A stretch of 64,000 nucleotides of DNA from positions 14,633 through 78,632 of the IMG/VR virus record IMGVR_UViG_3300032893_000003; one strand, given 5' to 3'. Source of the DNA: a virus (Duplodnaviria; Heunggongvirae; Uroviricota; Caudoviricetes). The position numbers and the translations under genes were made by a program. The notes beneath the pieces are model-generated. The model saw nothing but the letters and a program-made list of their open reading frames with translations. It had not been told where the DNA came from and did no database searches. This document shows positions 27,240-37,153 of this stretch, one piece after another. The number at the start of each line of letters is the position of its first letter. The first letter of the stretch is position 1.

Positions 27240-28196
27240 TTAAAGTTTGGCGTAGATGCTATCAAAATATTTCACGAATGTTTCGGGGTTCCAGTAAGTT
27301 TCCATCCAGGCGCGCGCTCTTTGTCCTAATGACTTAGCCGCGGCGTGATCATACATAATGGACTCGATGGCTTTGGGGAGATCGTAAATGTCCGATTGGA
27401 TGTACGGCAACTTTCGGACATTTTCCTCACCTATGACTTTTGCCATTGCCTGTTTGGTGAGATCATCGAGATTGCCGATTGTGGCGCACCCGAAGGCTAG
27501 ATATTCAAGAAAGGATAGGTGGTAAGATCCCGTTATCACTTCCTCAATTCCAATAGTTGACCAGCGTTTGCGCATCATTGTGTCTTCGTAAGGTGTGTTA
27601 ACGATGATATCAACAGGAACGCGCCGGCCAATCTTTTGAAGAAGCGGCATAATAGTTGGATAGCCTTTGTCATCCCACCCCTTTAGATTCGTATTGCTTG
27701 GGGCGTAAGAAATCATCGTTTGTTTAAAGTCTCTGGGAAGACATCTGTACAGATTGTCAAAAATGGGAAGAACGTTTGGGACAACAAAGTCCACTTCTGG
27801 GTAAAGGCGCACCTGATATTGCGCCACAATGGCTCGCTTACCAGCGAAGAACTGATCGTTGAGGGTATCTTCGAAGGATTCAATCCCTTGGCGCGGGGAA
27901 TGGTATTGAATCAAGCATCTTTTTTTCTTAACTATTTCAATTAAGTGCGGGTGCACTTTAAAGATTTCTTGCGACCAGGCGAAGTTGTGGAAATGAACGA
28001 TGTCAGCTTCCTCAACGTACGCCGTTATTTGTTCCTGGGTCATGGTTGTCCAGATCTTCCCACCGACAAATATCTTGTTTGTGTTCGATTGCCGGTGCAA
28101 CACAGCCTGTGCGCTGTGTCCGAATTGGCGCTGGATGTTTGCCAGATTCGACGGCGAGTTAGAAAGTGGGGTGTTACTTAAGTGCAGGATGTTCAT
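27240..28196 (-). CDS. GT-B (family 4-like) glycosyltransferase
   Basis: MNILHLS start, ADIVHFHN, IGIEEV..SYHLSFLEYLAFGCATI, ARAWMETYWNPE. Confidence 0.7.
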   Translation of the reverse strand: MNILHLSNTPLSNSPSNLANIQRQFGHSAQAVLHRQSNTNKIFVGGKIWTTMTQEQITAYVEEADIVHFHNFAWSQEIFKVHPHLIEIVKKKRCLIQYHSPRQGIESFEDTLNDQFFAGKRAIVAQYQVRLYPEVDFVVPNVLPIFDNLYRCLPRDFKQTMISYAPSNTNLKGWDDKGYPTIMPLLQKIGRRVPVDIIVNTPYEDTMMRKRWSTIGIEEVITGSYHLSFLEYLAFGCATIGNLDDLTKQAMAKVIGEENVRKLPYIQSDIYDLPKAIESIMYDHAAAKSLGQRARAWMETYWNPETFVKYFDSIYAKL

Positions 28197-28618
28197 GGGA
28201 TTATTAGCTCTTTAACGAAAAGATCTTGGAACTTTTTTGAAAAGCGGATCCATATCGGCTTTGCAGGGTCGAAGTTGTATTCGAAAATCTCCACCCCACT
28301 TTCGTCGGTGTAATGGATATAGCCACGCTTTCTAAGCCCGTTTAGACCCGCTGCGACATGGCGGGGGTCAAAGCCGCACTGTTCAAACCCCCAGATGATA
28401 TTGCCCATCATTCCCTCGGCGACGAATCCAGCTTTTTTAAAGCATTTGTTGAGTTCAATAAAGACCATGGTGTCGGGCCCGTTTGCGGCTGCAAGTTCAG
28501 AAGGAACGTGCGTGATGCCCCGATACGGTGTTAAAATGATTTTTAACGGTTCTTTTGTTGGATCAACTAGAAGGCTAGATGGTAAAATAACTGACGGCTG
28601 TGGCTTAGGGTCCATCAA
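28193..28618 (-). CDS. Hypothetical protein
   Basis: GGAG RBS, ATGA overlap. Confidence 0.65.
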   Translation of the reverse strand: MMDPKPQPSVILPSSLLVDPTKEPLKIILTPYRGITHVPSELAAANGPDTMVFIELNKCFKKAGFVAEGMMGNIIWGFEQCGFDPRHVAAGLNGLRKRGYIHYTDESGVEIFEYNFDPAKPIWIRFSKKFQDLFVKELIIP

Positions 28619-28730
28619 AGTAAATCTCCATAAACGTCTTAAAAAGGGCGCTTAATGAAGGATACCGAGCCTAATTGTCTTAAACAAGTATATTGTGGCG
28701 TGTTGATCGAGCTGATAAACTTGGAGCGTT

Positions 28731-29069
28731 ATGTTTATAAAAGGATTCCATAAGCTGGCTGTGGCTGTCGTGACCATGACTCCTGAAGAATATTTCCAAA
28801 CGGTTGGGGAAAAAGATCCCTACATGGGTGCCGTAGGCGGTGCAGCTCTCGGGGCTTTGCATGGGCTGCGCAAAGGTAAAAAGGGCGGCAAAGGTAAGGC
28901 TGGTTTGATCGGGGCTGCGGCCGGTGGGGCGGCAGGCGCGACGGCTGGCCATTACGGCGGCAAACTCTTGCGGCGCTATCAAACAGGTAAAGTACATCGA
29001 ATGGCTGAAGAATTGAAATTGCGATCAACGCCGGCTCGAAAAGCCTATATGCATCACGAGGAGGACTAA
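28731..29069 (+). CDS. Gly-rich protein with leader MFIKGFHKLA
   Basis: First gene of the head module; GGAG RBS. Confidence 0.8.
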   Translation: MFIKGFHKLAVAVVTMTPEEYFQTVGEKDPYMGAVGGAALGALHGLRKGKKGGKGKAGLIGAAAGGAAGATAGHYGGKLLRRYQTGKVHRMAEELKLRSTPARKAYMHHEED

Positions 29070-29072
29070 GTC

Positions 29073-29924
29073 GTGACATTTTCTAAAGAAGTTCTTAACG
29101 AATTTGCCAAACTAGCTGCTGACAATTATTTGAAAAATAAAACGCCTCTTAACAAATCTCTGCAAAAGATTGCAAAAGACGAATCTTTGGAACCCCATCA
29201 AATTGAATACGTTGCGGCGACTGCTAACCACAACGTCTGGGAAAAGCTCTATGGGATGGACAAAAAGGCAAGTTACGATTTCCCCGTTGCCGACCCCGTG
29301 GCCATTATTGGCGATCTTCAGGTAAAGCCTAAAGTCATCAAGGAAGCATCTCTTGATTATTTGGGCGCTCCATCAGCGCACGGGTTTACCGAAAAGACGG
29401 CCTCTATTGAACTTGATAGCCTTGACAAAATTGCTGCAAAAAAACGTCTTCTTAAAAAACAGCTCCAAGAACGTATGGAGAAATGCTCTGTCGCAAAGGA
29501 GGAGTTTGAGCGTCAGATGTTCGTTCTTCATTCCCGCTATGAAGAGCATGAGCGCGACCTGATTAAGCAAGCCCGGACTCTGATCCTTGAGCAGCCGTTT
29601 GAGCTGCGCGGCGAGGCTATGATAAAAATTGCTGAATTTGTAAACGCAGCCTGTGGTGATGAAAAGACCTTTGCCCGCGGAATCATGAAAAAGCTTGCGG
29701 CTGTTGTTAAGGGTCAAGGGCTTATTAAGCAGGCCGATCTCAAAGCGCCGGAAGAGTATATCGCTGATAAACTCCCCGCTAAGATCGTAAATGGTCGCCA
29801 CGCGCTTTACATTACGATCCAAACTCTTCGAAATATCCGTCAAGAATATGATTCTTTGAACCGCGGCTATGAAATCGTGGATAGCTCGCTACCGGAGTTG
29901 AAGGAGAAGATCCGTGGTCTCTAA
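29073..29924 (+). CDS. Putative head/core protein with K-x-A sites
   Basis: GTG start, GAGGAGG RBS; FAKLA, IKEAS, EKTAS, DKIAA, IKQAD. Confidence 0.75.
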   Translation: MTFSKEVLNEFAKLAADNYLKNKTPLNKSLQKIAKDESLEPHQIEYVAATANHNVWEKLYGMDKKASYDFPVADPVAIIGDLQVKPKVIKEASLDYLGAPSAHGFTEKTASIELDSLDKIAAKKRLLKKQLQERMEKCSVAKEEFERQMFVLHSRYEEHERDLIKQARTLILEQPFELRGEAMIKIAEFVNAACGDEKTFARGIMKKLAAVVKGQGLIKQADLKAPEEYIADKLPAKIVNGRHALYITIQTLRNIRQEYDSLNRGYEIVDSSLPELKEKIRGL

Positions 29925-30093
29925 GGGATTTGTTAAAGGCTTTTCTAAAACTTCTGGTGTACTTGGCACTGTTGCAAAGAAAACTATCGGTGCTTTGGGC
30001 GGTCCTTTGAACGTTGGGCTAACCCTTTTGGGTGCTGGTTCTGAGGCGGCCGAAGGCATGAAGAAGATGAAAGCGGCTGGTGTGAGGACTTAA
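29914..30093 (+). CDS. 59-aa leader-bearing protein missed by the ORF track
   Basis: GTG after AAGGAG; MVSKGFVKGFSKTSGVLGTVAKKTIGALGG...GVRT*. Confidence 0.7.
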   Translation: MVSKGFVKGFSKTSGVLGTVAKKTIGALGGPLNVGLTLLGAGSEAAEGMKKMKAAGVRT

Positions 30094-31307
30094 TGAAGAA
30101 AGTTGCTGAACAAGCTCAACATGATTTAGATTGTCTCTTGAAGCTCGCGGCGACCCGCAAAGGCATCAACTGGGAGTGGGCTAAGTCTGTTGCAGCACCT
30201 TTGCTTGGGACTTTGGCGGCGGCTGGCACAACGGGTCTTGCGGCATATTACTTCAGCAAAAAAGACCGTGAAAGACACGAACAAGATTTGACTAATAGTC
30301 TCAATGTTTTGAGGAAGAGCCCTGAACTCGCTAAGAAAGAACCGCAGAAATTAATTGAGCGGTTTGGTGAGTTGACGGTTATTTCTCCGACTATTGCAAA
30401 GAGCCCGACACTCGCGGCAAAACTTCTTCAAAATAAAATCGATACGGGATTTGACCCTGATGATATCCACAGACTGACTGCAATTGAAAGTGGTGTTGCT
30501 CATCAGGGGGGCATCCACCCGGGCGCGGCCGGTATGGCGAGTGCAGCGTCCACGTTTCGGACAATGGTTCAAACTTTTGGACCGACTATGTATCACCACA
30601 TCCATGAAAGCACAAAGAAACGCGGCCGGCAGTTAGAGGATCTTGAGAAAAAAGAAGAAGAGCAAAATCTTGAGGCAATGGCTGAACGTTTCGCAGACAA
30701 AATGATGAAAAAAACTCAGGCGGGGTCTATGGAAAAAAAGAGTTCTGAACAACGTGTGAGCGATGAATGCTTAGGGCAGATGCTTGCTGAACGCTTTATA
30801 TTATTGAAGACGGCAGGTGTAGGCGATCTTCTAGCAGGGGGCGCTAAGCGTTTTGGCGAACAGCTTTTGTGGGCAGCTCCCGCTCTGGCTTTGGGTGGCG
30901 GCATCGAGCTTGTAAGACAAGCTATCGAAAGCCGGCGAAACAGAGCTCTTGAAGACCAGGCCGATAAGAACTTTAAAGTCATTATGAAGGATAGCGATGT
31001 CGCTAAGGGAAATCCGCAGATTGCTCTAGAGGCATTTAATACGTTAAAGGCTGTTGCTCCGTCTTTAGCTGCGCGGCCGCTTGTAGCAAATACGTTTATT
31101 GATCATGTTGTCACTCAAGGACGTTTGGCACCGGATACCGTTCAGCAAATCGCTGAAGCTGAGAACCAAGTTCGTGGCATTGGGGCTCCTGGACAAAAGC
31201 GCCCGAGCTTTGGCTTTATGTCCGAGCTTAAAGGAGCTATGGGTCTCATGGAATCAAAGTCAGATATGCCTAAAAGTCGTACCGCCAAGAAGGGGTATCT
31301 AAAATAA
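30093..31307 (+). CDS. Putative internal head protein (two related halves)
   Basis: KKVAE, LKLAA, LKTAG; the segments ISPTIAKSPTLA and VAPSLAARPLVA repeat. Confidence 0.7.
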   Translation: MKKVAEQAQHDLDCLLKLAATRKGINWEWAKSVAAPLLGTLAAAGTTGLAAYYFSKKDRERHEQDLTNSLNVLRKSPELAKKEPQKLIERFGELTVISPTIAKSPTLAAKLLQNKIDTGFDPDDIHRLTAIESGVAHQGGIHPGAAGMASAASTFRTMVQTFGPTMYHHIHESTKKRGRQLEDLEKKEEEQNLEAMAERFADKMMKKTQAGSMEKKSSEQRVSDECLGQMLAERFILLKTAGVGDLLAGGAKRFGEQLLWAAPALALGGGIELVRQAIESRRNRALEDQADKNFKVIMKDSDVAKGNPQIALEAFNTLKAVAPSLAARPLVANTFIDHVVTQGRLAPDTVQQIAEAENQVRGIGAPGQKRPSFGFMSELKGAMGLMESKSDMPKSRTAKKGYLK

Positions 31308-31310
31308 TAT

Positions 31311-33152
31311 ATGGACAAGCGGCTCATCTTTCCCAAGAATAACGGCCGCGAACGAGACATCTTTTTTGTCCGTGAGGACCGTCTTTATCTTCAGAAACAC
31401 GCGACCGCTTATCATCCGCGCGTTCAAGAATACATCTCTAAAGCAAAGCCCATGGAGGGTCTGATACAGATTCTTCTAACTGCCCTTGGCGGCTGGCCCT
31501 ATTGGCCACAAAACGTGAATGGAGATCGATTTTCTGTGCCGGCACTGTCCCACGAGGGACAAGATTACGGCTATCAGACATTCGTGAGTAACGCTAACTA
31601 CTTCGTCCATCACGTGAATAAAGATCCGGCTCTGGCGAAGGGCAAAGTTTTAGCGGCTGTGTGGAATGAAAGGGCAAAGCGAGTCGAGCTTGTGATCGGA
31701 ATTAATCCTGAGCTTGACCCCGATGCTGTTCGCGAGATCGATGCTGGGAATAATTTGGCATTTAGTATGGGCTGTAAACTCCCGTTTGATGTTTGCTCTA
31801 TTTGTGAAAATAAAGCAAAGACCAGACTCGAGTATTGCGATCATCTTCGCTATCAAATGAACCAAATAGATCCTGTAACTGGCATGCTTGTGGGTGCCTG
31901 GAATCCATTTCCCAAGTTCTTCGACATTTCCCGCGTTCTTATTCCGGCCGACAAGACGGCTTATATGTGGGAGAAGATTGCAAGTGCTGCCACTCCCCTA
32001 TCTAAAATGGGTTCTGCGGAGCTTGCAGAAACGCCGGCAAAATACTGGTTTGATGAGCAGTATCTAACCGAAAAAGTGGCAATGAAAACCGAGGCTTGGG
32101 CTGAGAAAACGTCAGCAAAAAAGTCGGCGAGTATCAACAAGCGCTCCACCATCACCAAGGAAATCCCCGTGACGAGTGTTAAACCTCTATTTATAGAGAA
32201 GATGCGACGAACAATACCGGTCATTAAGAATCTTCTCGACAAGTCGGCTGCCGACCTGGACATGGACCAATTAAAGGGATTTTCTTTACCTCAAATTTTG
32301 AGCACCCTTTTGGCATTGGGCGTGGTGCCAAAAGCTTCGGAGTCTAGCACGATTTATAACCTCTTTTCTAAGGACTCTAACCAAGATGCTAATGCATTCG
32401 GGCCGCAGGCTTTTTCACCGCTTCTTGCACAGAGACTTTTACCAGTCGCCGCAGAGCGTTCATTTGCGCGGCCAGTGCTACTTCGACGAATCGTGTTACT
32501 TTCTTGCAAACCAACAGAAGAGTTAAAGAAAATGGCTGCCGACGAGCGTCACAAGGGCTCATTTAACGCGGGGCTCGGTGCGGGATTGTTAGCCGCGGCT
32601 TTGGCGTTCAGTGGCAATCATGTTGTGCTGGGAAATTTGCTTGCCGAACATCCCTTTTTGACAGCCTTATTTGGGGCGACCATGATTCGCACTTTGCGAA
32701 GCCTTGGGGATTCGCGGCCGATAACAACCGGACAATATACTCTTGCGGAACCTGGCAATCCTTTATATAATAACGACTGGCAGAGACGTTTTGCCGAAGC
32801 GCAAGCACGACCTGTCACGGTTATAAAAACCGGTGCTGAGAACGAAAATTTATTCGAAAATACTTTTGGAGGCATTCCATTTTTGTTTGCCATTGAAGGT
32901 GTTAATCAGCAACCGGCAATCAAATTGTTTGAAAACAATCCGAACATTTTTAACAGTAGCTTGATGACAAAAGAGTCCAGCGACGTAGGGCAAGAGATTT
33001 CCCATCTTTTAACCTCCGCGCGCAGATTCCTAAAATCAGCTTCCTTGGAAGACCTAAACTTCTTGGAAGCCGTACCAGATCCAAGCCGAAATTCAGTCTG
33101 GGATTTAGCGATACTCAATGCTGCGGATAAGATTGTAAGGAAGTTAAGCTAA
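31311..33152 (+). CDS. Prohead maturation protease with C-terminal extension
   Basis: YFVHH, FSMGC (putative catalytic Ser), CSIC...YCDH, FFDISRVLIPAD; domain ends WEKIASAA; upstream of scaffold and capsid genes. Confidence 0.75.
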   Translation: MDKRLIFPKNNGRERDIFFVREDRLYLQKHATAYHPRVQEYISKAKPMEGLIQILLTALGGWPYWPQNVNGDRFSVPALSHEGQDYGYQTFVSNANYFVHHVNKDPALAKGKVLAAVWNERAKRVELVIGINPELDPDAVREIDAGNNLAFSMGCKLPFDVCSICENKAKTRLEYCDHLRYQMNQIDPVTGMLVGAWNPFPKFFDISRVLIPADKTAYMWEKIASAATPLSKMGSAELAETPAKYWFDEQYLTEKVAMKTEAWAEKTSAKKSASINKRSTITKEIPVTSVKPLFIEKMRRTIPVIKNLLDKSAADLDMDQLKGFSLPQILSTLLALGVVPKASESSTIYNLFSKDSNQDANAFGPQAFSPLLAQRLLPVAAERSFARPVLLRRIVLLSCKPTEELKKMAADERHKGSFNAGLGAGLLAAALAFSGNHVVLGNLLAEHPFLTALFGATMIRTLRSLGDSRPITTGQYTLAEPGNPLYNNDWQRRFAEAQARPVTVIKTGAENENLFENTFGGIPFLFAIEGVNQQPAIKLFENNPNIFNSSLMTKESSDVGQEISHLLTSARRFLKSASLEDLNFLEAVPDPSRNSVWDLAILNAADKIVRKLS

Positions 33153-33163
33153 GGAGAAAACTC

Positions 33164-33820
33164 ATGGCCACATTGGAAGAAATTTTGGCAGAGGTAGGGC
33201 TTGGCGAATCTTCGCAAACGAAGACAGCAAGCGCTGCAGCTCCAAGTACAAAGGAAGTGAACGAAGTTTTGGAAAACCTAGGTCTTAATGAAAAAGTTGT
33301 TGAGGCTGAGGGCGTAACCAAAACTGCATCTGACGAAAGGACAAGTATGGGACTGACAGATCTTTACGAAAACATTTTCGGTAGCAATGGTGAAACCGCT
33401 GCCGCTGCTCCTGCCGCTGAAGCCGGCGCTGAAAAAACCGCTGCTGCTACAGCCGAAGCTGCTCCCGCAGGCGAAGTTTCCGACGAACCCTCTACAAATT
33501 TGGGTGAGTTGACTGGCATTTATTTCAATGTCATGCACGATGCTTGCATTGAAAAGATCGCTGGCGATCTTGAGATGGAAGCTGGCTCTGGCTACAAACC
33601 GCAAGAGCACGCTGGTTCTACTGGCGAATTGTCTCGGATTGTTGGTCAGGAAGGCGACCCCGCTGTACCGAACAACTATGACGCCTCAAGCGGTGCCGGT
33701 TTGAAAGCCAACCCCGGTAACCAAACTCCCTATTCGCTGAAAGCTCAAGCTCAAATCAAGGCGATTTTAAAACGTCGCACGAAGATGGAGCCGGGCGATG
33801 TCGGCGGATATAACGAGTAA
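33164..33820 (+). CDS. Acidic scaffold-like protein
   Basis: AAGGAG RBS; QTKTAS, VTKTAS, AEKTAA, IEKIAG. Confidence 0.65.
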   Translation: MATLEEILAEVGLGESSQTKTASAAAPSTKEVNEVLENLGLNEKVVEAEGVTKTASDERTSMGLTDLYENIFGSNGETAAAAPAAEAGAEKTAAATAEAAPAGEVSDEPSTNLGELTGIYFNVMHDACIEKIAGDLEMEAGSGYKPQEHAGSTGELSRIVGQEGDPAVPNNYDASSGAGLKANPGNQTPYSLKAQAQIKAILKRRTKMEPGDVGGYNE

Positions 33821-33847
33821 CTTTGAGAAGAAAGAAGGAGTTCAAAT

Positions 33848-34672
33848 ATGGATTTAGAGCAAGTAATTGAAAAAATGAGTCCGGAAGAACAAAAAAAGTT
33901 CTTGAATCTGGAGTTGCCTGAGGAACTGGAAAAAGAAGCCGCTGCCGAAGTTGCAGAAGCTGATTTCCAAAACGCTCTGTACGCCTACGGTGCTTTGACA
34001 GCCGATGTAGAAATCGAGTCTGAAGAAGCCGGCGAAGCGGGTCTTAGCAAAGAAGCTTCTGAAAACTTCTCTGCTGCTGAAGCTGAGATTGCTGAAGCCA
34101 TCGAAAACGGCTATTCCGAGCTTGGCTTGGATGAAGTCGAGAGCGATGAAGAGCTTCACAAAACGGCCATGGCCGCTGCTGCTTTGATTTTTGAAGGCTA
34201 CTGCGATCAGATGGAAAAAGTCGCAAAAGGCAAAGTTAAGGGCTTCATGGGCGCTATGAAAAAGCACATGGGCCGCGCAGCTGAAAAAGCAAAAGCTCTT
34301 GGTTCTGCTGCTATGAAGCACGGCAAAAAGGGTGTGGCTCTTGTTAAAAAGCACCCGGGTAAAGCAGGCCTTATCGCTGCTGGTACCGCTGCTGCTGGCT
34401 ACGGCGCTCATCGCATGATGAAGAAAAAAGCCGATGAGCTGACAGCTGCTGAGCTCGTGGACATGGCACTTGAGAAACAAGCTACTTTGGATGTTATCGC
34501 TGACGGCGTTGAAAAACTAGCCGCCCACGGTAAAGGAAAAGGTGGTATGATTGCTAAAGGTCTGAAACACCTGAAAGCCCACGGCAAAAAGCACGGTAAA
34601 ATGTACGGTGCGGGTGCCGCTGGCGGTGTGGCAGGCTACTTAGCAGGTCGTATGCACAAGAAGCATGAGTAA
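33848..34672 (+). CDS. Scaffold/internal head protein with acidic N-half and basic C-half
   Basis: EKEAA, SKEAS, HKTAM, EKVAK, EKQAT, EKLAA. Confidence 0.7.
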   Translation: MDLEQVIEKMSPEEQKKFLNLELPEELEKEAAAEVAEADFQNALYAYGALTADVEIESEEAGEAGLSKEASENFSAAEAEIAEAIENGYSELGLDEVESDEELHKTAMAAAALIFEGYCDQMEKVAKGKVKGFMGAMKKHMGRAAEKAKALGSAAMKHGKKGVALVKKHPGKAGLIAAGTAAAGYGAHRMMKKKADELTAAELVDMALEKQATLDVIADGVEKLAAHGKGKGGMIAKGLKHLKAHGKKHGKMYGAGAAGGVAGYLAGRMHKKHE

Positions 34673-34675
34673 GAA

Positions 34676-35146
34676 ATGGCAGTTAAACCGCTTAAGGATC
34701 TTTTAAAGGAAGCAGATGAGTTTAGCCGTACACTCGGCGAAAGCAAAACTGCTTCTCCTAAAGTGGCCGTTTCTGACGAGGTTGCTGAGTTCGCACAAGC
34801 GCTTTTGAATGCAGATTCGATTAGCGTACGAGATGAAGGGTTTGAAAAGACGGCACTAGCATTAAATAGAGCCGAAGCCTTACTGCAAATCCAGACCCTT
34901 CAGAAGATCGCCCAGTTCCGGAAGCAAGCTGCTGCGGCAGGTTTCTCACCGGAACAAATTGAAGAAGCGATCAACAAAATAGCAGCTAAGAAAGTTCACG
35001 AGAATTTACGTATTCTCACGGCTGTAGATGGCATCGCTTACCAAGGTAAGGATACATCGCTTGAGAAAAAGAAGATCCTCGCGCAACAAATGGGTCAAGC
35101 CAAGGACGACAAAGACTTGACCAAAAGTTTGGGGTACGGGCTATGA
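34676..35146 (+). CDS. Putative scaffold/internal head protein
   Basis: SKTAS, EGFEKTAL, QKIAQ, RKQAA, NKIAA. Confidence 0.7.
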   Translation: MAVKPLKDLLKEADEFSRTLGESKTASPKVAVSDEVAEFAQALLNADSISVRDEGFEKTALALNRAEALLQIQTLQKIAQFRKQAAAAGFSPEQIEEAINKIAAKKVHENLRILTAVDGIAYQGKDTSLEKKKILAQQMGQAKDDKDLTKSLGYGL

Positions 35147-35493
35147 GCAAGACGATTACTGTTGAACAGGTAAAGCTCGCCGGAGAACTTTTGAGACGTG
35201 AACACGTAGCTCGTTTGACGATTGAAAAAGAGGCAAACGACTTAAAGCTTGAAAAGCGCGCGATGAAAGTTGCATTTCGTGAAGTAGAGCTTGGAATTTC
35301 TGAGCCTTATAAAACGCACGATGAGTTCCTAAACAAGATCGCGAATCTTGTAAAAGAGGACTTAGATGTTGTGGAAAAGGCTCTCGAACTTGGATACGGA
35401 TCAGCTCGCAAAAATGGTGAGCTGGCTGAATCGGCGGGAAAAGAAATGGACCCGCTGTCACGTTGGGTAAGACACGGCGAAGTAACTGATTAA
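35143..35493 (+). CDS. Putative scaffold-like coiled-coil protein
   Basis: ATGA overlap, directly before decoration and capsid genes. Confidence 0.65.
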   Translation: MSKTITVEQVKLAGELLRREHVARLTIEKEANDLKLEKRAMKVAFREVELGISEPYKTHDEFLNKIANLVKEDLDVVEKALELGYGSARKNGELAESAGKEMDPLSRWVRHGEVTD

Positions 35494-35510
35494 GAAAAGG
35501 AGTATTAACT

Positions 35511-35981
35511 ATGGCTACGCAAAGTGAATTAGTCGCACCAATTACAGTTGACCTACGGGCACCTGACTTGGATTTCGACATCATCAAAGGTATCGAGCAC
35601 GTCAACTATCAAGACGGCGCGCTTGTGGACAAAACGTTAACAGTCGCTCCCGGTGACTGGATGACCAAAGCTTCAAACGGCTTTGTCGTTCCTGCAACTG
35701 GTAACGCTGTTCCGAACGTTTACCCTGTTTGTGTTGGTAACACTCAGTATGATTCTATCGCTACTGGTGATCTGACCGTGATTGTAAACGGCGGGTTCTT
35801 GTACCAAACGAACAAATTCGTCGCAGGTTCTTACACTGTAGGTCAAAACCTCTGTGTTAAAGACTTGGGCGGTGGTGAGCGCGTTCCGTCGGCCGCAGGG
35901 TCGAACGACGCGATCGTTGCTCGGGTTTATGATTATGATTCTGTAAAAGGAATCATGACCATTCAGGTTCTGGATCGATAA
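35511..35981 (+). CDS. Head decoration/cement protein
   Basis: Beta-rich 156 aa immediately upstream of the capsid gene; AAGGAG RBS. Confidence 0.6.
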   Translation: MATQSELVAPITVDLRAPDLDFDIIKGIEHVNYQDGALVDKTLTVAPGDWMTKASNGFVVPATGNAVPNVYPVCVGNTQYDSIATGDLTVIVNGGFLYQTNKFVAGSYTVGQNLCVKDLGGGERVPSAAGSNDAIVARVYDYDSVKGIMTIQVLDR

Positions 35982-36104
35982 TCCCCGCGGGTCGTAAACG
36001 ACCTGTTGTGGAGATGCTTTTGCATCTCTTTGGGGTACGGGCGGTTGTTTATTCAGCCGCTTTGAAATGCTAACGAAACGCCAACCTATGAAGGAGGAGG
36101 CAAA

Positions 36105-37028
36105 ATGTTTTCAGAAGAAGCAGCAACATTTAACAACCTGTTTATCGAGCGGATGGACACGCAAGATGGACAGACGAAGACTGCTCAGGCAGGTCAAGCG
36201 TTTGTACGCTCGTTCCTGCGTGAACATTCTGTTGCGCGCAAGATTTTACCACCCGAGTCAGTTACGCGCGCAGATCTGACTCGCTCTACCCGCCATGACA
36301 CGCTGATCAAAATCGTAGATTTTGAGCATCCGTCGACTGCGGCTGCGATTAACTTTCGCTCGGCTGGCCGTGAGCGCTACCTCCAAGGTAAGCGCTATGC
36401 TGTGCCCTTCTTCAAAGTAGAGAGCGATCTCTTCACGAAGAATGAAGCTGAGTTGCTCGCTTACGAGTACCCGATTACTAAAGTAATCGAAGAAAACTCG
36501 ATCAAGGACATCATGTTCGTAGAGGACTCTGTGTTCTTGTCAGCATCTGCTGGTGCTGTATTCAATAGCGGTAAACAAATCGCTTCTGCCGATACGCAAG
36601 TATCGCGCGCCAACTTGAACAAACTGTTCAAGATGATCGATGTGGATAAACTCCAGTCGATGATTTGTTTGATGACCAACGTCGATTTCGACGATTGGCA
36701 AACCCAACAGGCCACGGATGTCGGTTCGCCGATGGCATCTGCGATGACCGTTGACGGCTACAAACACGACCATATTATGCGTCGTCGTTTGATCGTCACG
36801 AACAAAGTGGACCTGCTGACCCCCGGGACTCTGTATGCCTACACGGATCCTCAGTTCTTGGGTAACTTCTTCATCTTGAACGATGTTAAGTTCTGGATTA
36901 AGAAGGAAGCTGATAAGGTTTTCTGGAAGACCTGGGAATATGTTGGCATGGGTATCGCCAACCTGCACTCTGTTTCTCAGATCACTTTGCAGGTTCCGCA
37001 AATTATCCCTGGCGGCGGAAGCTTCTAA
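36105..37028 (+). CDS. Major capsid protein (HK97-like fold, inferred)
   Basis: Strong AGGAGGAGG RBS, 307 aa, position after protease and scaffolds, own terminator; QTKTAQA near the N-terminus. Confidence 0.8.
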   Translation: MFSEEAATFNNLFIERMDTQDGQTKTAQAGQAFVRSFLREHSVARKILPPESVTRADLTRSTRHDTLIKIVDFEHPSTAAAINFRSAGRERYLQGKRYAVPFFKVESDLFTKNEAELLAYEYPITKVIEENSIKDIMFVEDSVFLSASAGAVFNSGKQIASADTQVSRANLNKLFKMIDVDKLQSMICLMTNVDFDDWQTQQATDVGSPMASAMTVDGYKHDHIMRRRLIVTNKVDLLTPGTLYAYTDPQFLGNFFILNDVKFWIKKEADKVFWKTWEYVGMGIANLHSVSQITLQVPQIIPGGGSF

Positions 37029-37054
37029 TAGCTTTCGTCTTTATAGACGGCTTA

Positions 37055-37094
37055 AAAAGGCTGGGCGCTGTATGGCACCCGGCCTTTTGTTTTT
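37055..37094 (+). terminator. Intrinsic terminator after the capsid gene
   Basis: AAAAGGCTGGG...CCCGGCCTTTTGTTTTT. Confidence 0.75.
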
Positions 37095-37153
37095 ATTGCC
37101 TACTTTGGTTGCTCATTGTATGCTTATAGTGGACTTATTAAAGGAGACACAAT

